64,000 bases of DNA from Acidimicrobiia bacterium (lineage in GTDB: Bacteria; Actinomycetota; Acidimicrobiia; Spongiisociales; ZC4RG35), in assembly GCA_012270885.1 (NCBI GenBank), contig JAAXHN010000032.1:28688-92687 (forward strand), read 5' to 3'. A program made the position numbers and the translations under genes. Shown piece after piece: positions 8,927 to 17,520 of this stretch; position 1 is the stretch's first letter; each line of letters starts with the position of its first letter. The notes below the pieces were generated by a model. That model ran no database searches and was not told the DNA's origin. It saw only the letters and a list, made by a program, of their open reading frames with translations.

Positions 8927-11900
8927 ATGCTGAAACTGGAGGACATTGAAGCAGGCGCTTTGGTAGCTGGGCTGGTGCCCGGCAGTGCTGTGACTGTTAA
9001 GGCGGTCACCAGGCACGGTGACGATGACATTGAGGTCTTCTACGCCGATGATGAAGGGAATCTCGGAAGTGGACTCTTGTCCAGGGCAGACGAAGATCGC
9101 CTCAGCCTGGCCGCCGCCGAACGCTCTTGGCCTCTGGACGCCGACGGGGAACTGTTCAAACTCGTATCAGAAGCCCGCCGCATCGAGTCGGCCCATCTCT
9201 TCGATCCCTACGTGGCGATCAACACCGCCGACATCGATCCGCTCCCTCACCAGATCGAGGCGGTCTACCAGCGGATGCTGCCGCTCCAACCTCTCCGGTT
9301 CCTGTTGGCCGACGACCCCGGCGCGGGGAAGACCATCATGTCCGGCCTCTACATCCGAGAGTTGATGATTCGTGGCGACGTGGAGCGGGTGCTGATCATC
9401 GCCCCGGGGTCTCTGGTGGTTCAGTGGCAGGACGAACTCTGGCATCGGTTCGGGCTCGAGTTCGACATACTCTCCCGCGAGATGGTCGAGACAGTACGAA
9501 CCGGCAACCCGTTCACCGAGAAGCCGCGGCTCATTGCCCGCCTCGACCAGGTCTGTCGAAGTGAGGATCTCCTTGCCAAGCTGGATGCTTCCCGGTGGGA
9601 CCTGATCGTGGTCGACGAGGCCCACAAGATGTCGGCCCACTACTTCGGCAACAAGCTGCACAAGACAATGCGGTACCAACTCGGGGAACGCCTGGGCCTG
9701 CTAACTCGCCACTTGCTGTTGCTCACCGCCACGCCTCACAGCGGCAAGCCGGACAGCTTTCACCTGTTCTTGGCGCTCCTGGATGAGGACCGTTTCGGTG
9801 GCCGCCAGCGCAACGGAGGGACTCCCGATGTCTCCGACATTATGCGCCGCTCCGTGAAGGAGGATCTGCTCACCTTCGACGGAAAGCCACTTTTCCCCGA
9901 GAGGCGGGCCTACTCAGCCAAGTACGAACTCTCCTCGCTGGAACAGAACCTGTACGACGAGGTCACCCGCTACGTCCGGGATGGAATGGACAAGGCCAAG
10001 GAGATTGAGCAGCAGGACCGCAGGCGGGGTCTGGTGGTGGGCTTCGCTCTGACCGCCCTGCAACGCCGCTTAGCGTCCTCCCCGGAAGCCATCTATCGCT
10101 CCTTGCGCCGGAGGCGCGAACGACTGGAGAACCGCTTGGTTGAACTGGAGGTCATCGCGGAAGGTAAAGCCGCTCCTGGAGAGACTTCTCGTCTGTCCTT
10201 CGGTAAGGGGTTGTCAGAGAAGGACATCGAGTTCTTCGACTTCGACGAATACGACGATGAAGACCGCGAGCAACTCGAGACGGAGGCTATCGACCAGGCA
10301 ACGGCGGCCGCAACTGTTCCGGAACTACGGAAGGAGATCGCAACTCTCCACCGCCTGGCAGCCCTGGCCGCCGAAGTCCGAAGCTCAGGGACCGACAGGA
10401 AGTGGGATGAGTTGTCATCGATTCTCCAGTCCGAGCACATGACCGCGCCAGACGGGACCAAACGCAAGATCATTGTCTTCACCGAGCACAAGGACACCCT
10501 CGAATACCTGAGGCGTCGCATCGTGAGCTTGCTCGGTGGAGTGGACCGGGTGGTAGTGATCCATGGGTCGGTACGCAGGGAAGATCGTCGACGGCACCAG
10601 GATGCCTTTGTGAACGTGCCGGAGGTGGAGGTGATGGTCGCCACCGACGCCGCCGGTGAAGGTATCAACCTGCAGAGGGCCAACCTGATGGTCAACTATG
10701 ACCTCCCTTGGAACCCCAATCGGATCGAGCAGCGTTTCGGGCGTATCCACCGTATTGGTCAAACCGAAGTCTGTCATCTCTGGAACCTGGTCGCATACCA
10801 GACGCGGGAGGGTGCGGTCTTCCACCGACTTCTGCAGAAGATCGAGGAGCAGCGCAGGGCTCTCGGCCAGCAGGTCTACGACGTTCTGGGAGACTCCCTT
10901 ATCGACCGGTCCCTCCGGGACCTGCTGATCGAAGCCATCCAGTACGGTGACCGTCCCGAGGTGAGAGAACGCCAGACTCGCGTCATCGATCAGGAGATCG
11001 GCCCTCAGATCCAGAAACTTGTAAGTGAACGCAGCTTGGTTATCGGTGATCTTCCCGGATTCGACATCCGGGAGGTCCGTGATGACATGGAGCGAGCCAA
11101 ATTGCGAAAACTCCAGCCCGGATTCATATCGAGGTTCTTCATCGAGGCTCTCAACCGTCTGGGTGGAAGGATCGTGAAGCGAGAGAAGGGTCGGTTCGAG
11201 ATAACCAGGGTTCCCGCCAGGGTGAGAACCCGGGAGCGGGAACTCCAGGTCGGAGGTGAGTTGCAACCGAAGTATGAACGGGTGACCTTCGAAAAGGAGT
11301 TGGTGGACCACGAGTCCCGTCCTCAGGCACAGTTGCTGGCTGTCGGGCATCCGTTGTTGGAAGCTGTCGTCAAGACGGTGATCGAAAGCCACGGCGCTCT
11401 GTTACAGAGAGGGGCGATACTCGTGGATCCTCACGCCACCGACAATCGACTGAGAGGACTCACACAGCTAACTCATCTCATAGAGGACGGTAGGAGCCGC
11501 ACCGTGTCACGCCAACACTGGACGGTCGAGATTCCCGTTGGGGGAGACCCGGAAGAGACCGGGGCTGCCCGTCACCATGATCTAAAGCCCATAACCGATG
11601 AGGAGCGTGACCTGATCTCGGGCATCCTGGAGCAGAGCCAAGTCGATGATCTGCTTTCCGATAAGGCGCGGGTTTTCGCCATTACGAGCCTTTGCCGTCC
11701 TCATCTGAATCGGGTCCACCGAGCCGTGGAGTCGCGAGTGCGGCGGATGCGAACCGCAGTGGAAGAGCGACTGTGGGGTCGCATCCAGTACTGGGATGGC
11801 TACGTCAACAAAGCACACACGCTGCAACTGCAGGGGCGTCGGCCCAAGGGGGGATTCACTGCCGGCCACGCACGGAACCTGGCTGACGAACTACAGGCGA

Positions 11901-12433
11901 GACTGGACAGGCGTTGTCACGAACTGGATCTTGAACTGCAACTAACCAACCGACCTCCCGAGGTGGTTGGAGGAGCGGTAGTGGTTCCAAAGATCCTCCT
12001 GGATCGACTATCCAACTGCGACGACGAGCCACCGAATACCCACCCAAAACAGACCCAAGAGGTGGACGAGCGGGCCGTGAAAGCTGTGATGGCCGCTGAG
12101 CAAAGACTGGGACGCCAACCAAAGGAGATGTCCCATAACAACCCCGGCTACGACATCGAGAGCCGCGATCCACAAACCGGCATGCTCTACTTCATCGAAG
12201 TCAAGGGCCGGATCGAAGGAAGTGACACTGTAACGGTCAGCGGCCGCCAGGTGATCCACTCCCAGAACGTCCCCGACCACTTCATTCTGGCCGTTGTCGA
12301 GGTCCCCACGGACCGCAAGGCCAAACCGACGGTGCGCTACGCCAGCCGACCCTTTGAAGGCATGGAAGTTCCATTTGACAGGTTCGCCATCACCGTGCCG
12401 CTGTCGGAGCTCAACCTGCAGGAACCCTCATGA
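8927..12433 (+). CDS. SNF2-family helicase fused to a C-terminal DUF3883 / PD-(D/E)xK-like nuclease domain (defence-module helicase)
   Basis: Helicase motif I LLADDPGAGKTIMSG, motif II VVDEAHKM, motif III LLLTATPHSG, and C-lobe AAGEGINLQRANLMVNYDLPWNPNRIEQRFGRIHRIGQ. The C-terminal 130 aa read NNPGYDIESRDPQTGMLYFIEVKGRIEGSDTVTVSGRQVIHSQNVPDHFILAVV (D..E-x-K arrangement). Confidence 0.85.
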   Translation: MLKLEDIEAGALVAGLVPGSAVTVKAVTRHGDDDIEVFYADDEGNLGSGLLSRADEDRLSLAAAERSWPLDADGELFKLVSEARRIESAHLFDPYVAINTADIDPLPHQIEAVYQRMLPLQPLRFLLADDPGAGKTIMSGLYIRELMIRGDVERVLIIAPGSLVVQWQDELWHRFGLEFDILSREMVETVRTGNPFTEKPRLIARLDQVCRSEDLLAKLDASRWDLIVVDEAHKMSAHYFGNKLHKTMRYQLGERLGLLTRHLLLLTATPHSGKPDSFHLFLALLDEDRFGGRQRNGGTPDVSDIMRRSVKEDLLTFDGKPLFPERRAYSAKYELSSLEQNLYDEVTRYVRDGMDKAKEIEQQDRRRGLVVGFALTALQRRLASSPEAIYRSLRRRRERLENRLVELEVIAEGKAAPGETSRLSFGKGLSEKDIEFFDFDEYDDEDREQLETEAIDQATAAATVPELRKEIATLHRLAALAAEVRSSGTDRKWDELSSILQSEHMTAPDGTKRKIIVFTEHKDTLEYLRRRIVSLLGGVDRVVVIHGSVRREDRRRHQDAFVNVPEVEVMVATDAAGEGINLQRANLMVNYDLPWNPNRIEQRFGRIHRIGQTEVCHLWNLVAYQTREGAVFHRLLQKIEEQRRALGQQVYDVLGDSLIDRSLRDLLIEAIQYGDRPEVRERQTRVIDQEIGPQIQKLVSERSLVIGDLPGFDIREVRDDMERAKLRKLQPGFISRFFIEALNRLGGRIVKREKGRFEITRVPARVRTRERELQVGGELQPKYERVTFEKELVDHESRPQAQLLAVGHPLLEAVVKTVIESHGALLQRGAILVDPHATDNRLRGLTQLTHLIEDGRSRTVSRQHWTVEIPVGGDPEETGAARHHDLKPITDEERDLISGILEQSQVDDLLSDKARVFAITSLCRPHLNRVHRAVESRVRRMRTAVEERLWGRIQYWDGYVNKAHTLQLQGRRPKGGFTAGHARNLADELQARLDRRCHELDLELQLTNRPPEVVGGAVVVPKILLDRLSNCDDEPPNTHPKQTQEVDERAVKAVMAAEQRLGRQPKEMSHNNPGYDIESRDPQTGMLYFIEVKGRIEGSDTVTVSGRQVIHSQNVPDHFILAVVEVPTDRKAKPTVRYASRPFEGMEVPFDRFAITVPLSELNLQEPS

Positions 12434-12511
12434 GGTCACCAACGAGCCTCCTCAAGTAGCCATGAACCGAGAGGACTCGGTTGAACTGTAGTTCTGTTGG
12501 GGTTCCGAGCC

Positions 12512-12865
12512 TTAACCCCAGAAGATGAAGGTGGGGTCGCGTTCTACCTCTGCGATCAGTTGTTCGATCGAAGGTGTCGCCTCTGCAAGGTCGTACTCGC
12601 GGAACCTCAGGTTGCTGTCACTCCAATACAACGACCATTCTCCGCGCACCTTGGTGTAGCGAAAGCGGCAGATCGGGTCGCGAGTCCACTCGGGTCCCAT
12701 GTCATCACTCCACGGCGGTCGGCACTCCAGAACCGTAATCGTACGGGGAGTAAGGTCGATCTCGAATCGGATCAACCCCTGGGCTCCGGCAGGCAAAGCA
12801 GCGTTCCGTCGGTCTATCCACCGACGCACCCGCATCAGGTCACGATCCGGAATCACACCTCGCAT
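12512..12865 (-). CDS. DUF3024-family protein (function unknown)
   Basis: 117 aa. The pattern ..ECRPPWSDDMGPEWTRDPICRFRYTKVRGEWSLYWSDSNLRFREY....LIAEVERDPTFIFWG matches my memory of the DUF3024 consensus (W-LYW-D-N...Y, terminal FWG). Family assignment is from memory only. Confidence 0.6.
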   Translation of the reverse strand: MRGVIPDRDLMRVRRWIDRRNAALPAGAQGLIRFEIDLTPRTITVLECRPPWSDDMGPEWTRDPICRFRYTKVRGEWSLYWSDSNLRFREYDLAEATPSIEQLIAEVERDPTFIFWG

Positions 12866-12936
12866 AGTAGATTCCCGAGGCGCACGGTCAACCAGAATGC
12901 CTATGCAGACAATCCTGAGCGTGTTTCGGTGATGGG

Positions 12937-14442
12937 TCAGGCGCCGTGGTAAAGGCGGTCGGGGTCAATCAACTCCACGTCGGACCGGCGGTTGGCGCCA
13001 CCGATTAGGGCGGGCGTGAAGCCATCCAAGGAGAAGAGCAGAAGCTTGAGGGTGGGGGAGGGAGAGACTCGGTCTCGGCCGGCCAGCAGTTGGGTGAGGC
13101 GGTCGAGGCGGGTCAGGTCGGAGATGTCGAGGCGGGAGGCCTTGGCTTCTCCCACAGCCTGGAGTGTCAGGTGGCGCCCCGGGCCGCCTTCCGGGGCGGC
13201 GGCGGCGATGTCCAGTTCGAAGGATTGGCGCCGGTTGGGGTCGTTGACCTGAACGCGGTGCGCGGTGCCGACCGGGCCGCCCAGGGTCTCCGGCGCCGCA
13301 TACCGGTTGACCCACTCACGACAGAGAAACTCGAAATGGGGACCCACGATCTGAGATCGGTAGGTGCGGGCCGAGGCGGACCAGACTTCCGAAGCCCTGC
13401 GTTGTTCCAGCATCGCCCGGTGGCGCCGGGTGATCAGATGGTGGAAGCGGACGATGGGGTCGGCAATCCGGTAGACGGGCCGCCGGGCAGTGAGCAGGTC
13501 GTCGTCCCGCACCACGAACCCGGCGGTGGTCATCACTTTGAGGTGATGAACGATGTCACCGGGGGCCCGACCCACCGCCGCGGCGATACGTCCCTGCGAG
13601 ATCGGACCCCGGGAGATGGCTTGCAACAGTGAGTAGTAGGGCGCCTCGGCGGTGATTCGGGGGTCCTCTCTGAGGAGGTACTCGTCCTCTCGGAACAGGG
13701 CGTGGGACGGATTGATCGCCGTGGAGGCAAGCCAGTCGCCCAGGTCGTCGGTGCGAAGGGGTGACCCGGCGGCGATGGTCAGGTCCTTGTATCCGGCGGC
13801 GCCCCCCACGATGGCGTCGACGGCGAATGCCACTTCCGGGTCGTCGATCCCCCAAAAGCCGCGGGCCTGACGGTAGTCGAAAGACGCCAGGGGCATGTCG
13901 AGCGTCGCCCGCCCCCGCATGGGAGAGGCGCCGCTGAGGATGGAGGTCATAACCGACATAGCCGATCCGCACACGATGACGGTAACCGGCGAGGTCCAGT
14001 CGCCACCCACACTCCCGGCGGTGGTCTCATCAATCAGGGCCTGGATGGTGGAGTCCAACTCGGGACTGGTGTGACGCAGGTAGGGATATTCGTCAAGCAC
14101 CAGCACTCCTGGTCCCCTCGGGGCTTGACCCAGCATGTTGACGGCGAAGGTCAAAGCGGCGGTCCAGTCGCCGAAGCGAAAGGGGGGCTCTCCGGGGTGG
14201 TGATGACTCAGAATGGCCGCGAACCTGTCCAGGGCCGTTCGTCGCTCCTCTTGGAGGGCGAGGTGGTATATCCCGCCCACCGCCTCCACCAACCCCCGCA
14301 GCAGGTGGCTCTTACCGAATCGACGCCTTCCATATACGATCCCCAACCTCAGCCGCGGTCCGGGTCCGGTGACGAAACCGGCCAGATCAGCCCATTCCAC
14401 ATCCCGGTTGTACACGTTGTGTGGCTTGTTTGCCGACATCAC
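12937..14442 (-). CDS. STAND/archaeal-ATPase-like P-loop NTPase with winged-helix and DUF234-like (possible PD-(D/E)xK) C-terminal domain
   Basis: Walker A GRRRFGKSHLL and Walker B VLVLDEYPYL. wHTH-like ISQGRIAAAVGRAPGDIVHHLKVMTTAGFVVRDD..RRPVYRIADPIVRFHH. The C-terminus has FELDIAAA ... LQAVGEAKAS (D ... E-x-K). Confidence 0.7.
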   Translation of the reverse strand: MMSANKPHNVYNRDVEWADLAGFVTGPGPRLRLGIVYGRRRFGKSHLLRGLVEAVGGIYHLALQEERRTALDRFAAILSHHHPGEPPFRFGDWTAALTFAVNMLGQAPRGPGVLVLDEYPYLRHTSPELDSTIQALIDETTAGSVGGDWTSPVTVIVCGSAMSVMTSILSGASPMRGRATLDMPLASFDYRQARGFWGIDDPEVAFAVDAIVGGAAGYKDLTIAAGSPLRTDDLGDWLASTAINPSHALFREDEYLLREDPRITAEAPYYSLLQAISRGPISQGRIAAAVGRAPGDIVHHLKVMTTAGFVVRDDDLLTARRPVYRIADPIVRFHHLITRRHRAMLEQRRASEVWSASARTYRSQIVGPHFEFLCREWVNRYAAPETLGGPVGTAHRVQVNDPNRRQSFELDIAAAAPEGGPGRHLTLQAVGEAKASRLDISDLTRLDRLTQLLAGRDRVSPSPTLKLLLFSLDGFTPALIGGANRRSDVELIDPDRLYHGA

Positions 14443-14467
14443 TTCTCCCAGAGCGAGAGGGGCCCCA

Positions 14468-14485
14468 GTATAACTCGATTTATAC
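14468..14485. promoter_or_regulatory. near-perfect palindrome GTATAA-CTCGAT-TTATAC in an AT-rich patch just upstream of the ATPase gene
   Basis: Read directly; 16 of 18 positions are self-complementary. It lies 26 nt upstream of the minus-strand start at 14442, in the 285-bp divergent region shared with the methyltransferase gene. Confidence 0.35.
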
Positions 14486-14735
14486 GAAATGGCGTTATAT
14501 TACCGACACTGCGGGAAGGAACACCCGACCGCCTCGGTTCTCGGGATGGTCCACGCCGCAGTGGGCTATAGCAAACCTTTCCTGTGAGTATTAAGTTTTA
14601 CCTCAGGTTTAGGTAGGGCGGTGCATCGCAGGTGAAGGAGCGCCCGTCGGTCGGTTGCTCCACTTCATGGCCCATAACTCGTCTACTCCTCGCCTCGCGA
14701 TCCCTGTCACAGGGGGTGGGTAGGATTTGGGCGAA

Positions 14736-17517
14736 ATGGAGAGGCAAGGTCATCCGGTGCCCTACAAGCGGAAGCTGATTGAGGTGGCTTTGCCGCTCGA
14801 TGCCATCAGCAAGGCATCGGCTCGGGAGAAGTCGATCCGGCATGGGCATCCTTCGACTTTGCATCTTTGGTGGGCGCGTCGGCCGTTGGCGGCGGCCAGG
14901 GCCGTGCTGTGGGCTTCTTTGGTGGACGACCCGTCGTCCCACCCCGACACATTTCCTACCCAGGAGGAGCAGGCCGAGGAGCGCGAGCGACTGTTCGAGA
15001 TCTTGAAGGAACTAGTCGTGTGGGAGAACTCCAACAACGCTCGGGTCTTGGAGAAGGCCCGGCTCGAGATCGAGAAGTCCTGTGACGGTGAGTTGCCGAA
15101 CATCCTTGATCCGTTCTGCGGGGGGGGGGGCAATTCCCTTGGAGGCGCGGCGGTTCGGTCTTCCGGCTTATGGAGGTGACTTAAATCCGGTAGCGGTGCT
15201 GGTCTCCAAGGGGTTGGTCGAGATTCCGCCTCGGTTTAAGGGATTGCCGCCAGTGAATCCGGATGCCCAGTCTGGCCTGGCTGTGAGCTCCTGGGAGCGT
15301 GCGCAGGGATTGGCGGATGACGTCGGCTATTACGGTCGTTGGATGAGGGAGCGGGCATACGTGAGGATTGGCCACCTGTATCCGAAGGTGAGGCTGCCTG
15401 CTTCCGAGGGGACAGGTGACGCAACGGTGATCGCCTGGTTTTGGGCGCGGACGGTCGAGTCTCCGGATCCCTCGTGGAGTGGTCATGTGCCGCTGGTTCG
15501 TTCCTGGGTGGTTCGCCGGGCGAAGAAGAACAAACCGGCAGTGTGGATATCACCGGAAGTTAATCGGTCCAATCAAACTATTAGCTACCGGATTACGGAG
15601 GGAGACGATCCGCCGGGGAGGGGGACGGTTGACAGGAGGGGCGGGAGATGTGTTGCCACCGGGTCGCCAATCGGGTTTCCCTACATTAGGGAACAGGGTC
15701 GCCGAGGGCTGATGGGCAGGTCGTTGATTGCGGTTGTGGCCGAAGGGAACCGGGGTCGGGTATATGTTTCGCCTTCTGCACAACCAGAGGCACCTCAACC
15801 AACCTGGGAACCAACCTCCCCGCTCCCTAAGCGAACTCTGGGGTTCCGAGTACAGCAATATGGGATGATCGAGTGGGCCGACTTGTTCACTGACCGTCAG
15901 CTTGTGGCTTTGTCTACGTTCTCGGATCTATTGGGTGAGGTGCGGTCGGTGGTGGAAACCGACGCGAAGATGGCGGGTTTGGTGGATGACGGAGTCCGTT
16001 TGCGGGACGGTGGTTCCGGGGTGGTGGCGTATGCGGATGCAGTGGTTACCTATCTGGCGTTCGTGGTTGACAAGTGCGCCGATTATTGGTCCACCATTTG
16101 CAGTTGGCACAACGGGAGAGAGTTGATCCGAAACACTTTCGGGCGGCAAGCGATACCGATGGTCTGGGACTACACAGAAGCCAACCCCTTCTCCACCTCT
16201 TCGGGGAACTGGATGGGACAGGTCACCTGGGTGCGGAAGGCGGTAGCGGCGGCACCCGGGCGAGGTGGTGGGGAGGTGTTGCAGCGGGACGCCGTGGCCC
16301 GGATCCGGGAGGTCGCCTCACCGGTGGTGTGTACCGATCCTCCCTATTACGACAACATCTCCTATGCCGATCTGTCGGACTTCTTCTACGTGTGGCTGCG
16401 TCGCAACGTGGGGGATGTTTGGCCGGAGGAGACCGCCACTTTACTGTCTCCCAAGGTTGAGGAGTTGATCGCCAACCCTTATCGGGCGGGATCGAAGCAG
16501 GCTGCAAAGGAACACTTTGAGGACGGGATGATTGATGTTCTTAGCGAAGTTGCCGCTTCTCAAGACTCGCAGTTTCCAGCCACGATCTTCTATGCCTACA
16601 AGCAGCAGGAGACAAAGGAAGGAGATAGGACATCCACGGGGTGGGAGACATTCCTGCAGGGCTTGGTGGATGCCGGGTTGCAGGTTACCGCTACTTGGCC
16701 GATCAGGACCGAACTCTCCAACCGGCCCGTGGCCAGAGGAACCGCGGCATTGGCCTCTTCCATCGTGATCGCCTGCCGTCCGAAGCGGCCGGATGCTTCG
16801 CTGGCTACCCGGCGGGAGTTCCTTGATGCCCTTCAAGCGGAGATGGCGGATCGGGTTCGGGTAATGCAGAGGGACGCCATTGTGCCGGTGGATATGGCCC
16901 AGTCGGCGATCGGTCCCGGCATGGAAGTGTTCTCCCGGTTTGCCAAGGTGGTTGAAGCCGACGGGAGTGAGACGCGGGTTCGCACGGCTATCGGCTTGAT
17001 TAATGAGACCCTGCGGGAGGTGCTGTCTTCCGAGGACACCGAGCTTGACGCCGATACCCGCTGGGCTTTGACTTGGTACGAACAGCACCGACACGACGCG
17101 GCTCCGTTCGGGGATGCTGACACCTTGTCCAAAGCCAAGAACACCTCGGTAGCGGGAGTCGAGCGGGCTGACATCATCGAAAACGTGGCGGGCAAGGTTC
17201 GGATTCTCACCCGTGACGAACTGGAACCGGAGTGGGATCCGGTGGCGGACCCGCGGCGGACTGACTGGAAACTTGCCCAATACCTCATTCTCTTTCTTGC
17301 GGAGTCTGAGGAGAAGGCCGGCAATCTGCTCCGAAAGGTAGGCGGAGGGCTGGGTGATCGGGCCCGCCGTCTCGCTTGGCTGCTCCACCAGATAGCGGAT
17401 CGCAAAGAGTGGTCGTCCGATGCGGCCGCTTATAACGGTCTTGTCCAGTCCTGGCACGACATCCAAAGCCACGCCCAGGTCGGGCCTCCGGCTGAGCAGA
17501 CTTTCGAGGGGATGTAG
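14736..17517 (+). pseudogene. DUF1156-family DNA methyltransferase (DPPY type), reading frame broken by +1 frameshift in a G11 tract
   Basis: N-terminal ORF (14727/14736-15179): [66 protein letters not shown], then out-of-frame NSLGG..*. ORF 15082-17517 continues in the other frame as [27 protein letters not shown] ... VVCTDPPYYDNISYADLSDFFYVWLRR. Removing one G restores [13 protein letters not shown]. Confidence 0.85.
15120..15130 (+). repeat. homopolymeric G11 tract at the frameshift site (codes the GGG of SAM-binding motif I)
   Basis: Counted directly: G at 15120 plus ten G at 15121-15130, flanked by TGC and CAATTCCC. Ten G would be in frame (TGC GGG GGG GGG GCA ATT CCC). Confidence 0.95.
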
Positions 17518-17520
17518 GCG

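Noticed and set aside
12467-12480. Hairpin CCGAG-AGGA-CTCGG between the convergent helicase and DUF3024 genes, considered as a bidirectional terminator
   Set aside because: It has only a 5-bp stem and no clear U-tract on either strand. That is too weak to annotate.
15082-15179. Programmed ribosomal frameshifting as the explanation for the two overlapping methyltransferase ORFs
   Set aside because: I see no slippery heptamer/stimulatory structure. The required shift is exactly compensated by deleting one G from a homopolymer that encodes a conserved GGG motif. A length change in the G run (biological or technical) is the simpler explanation.
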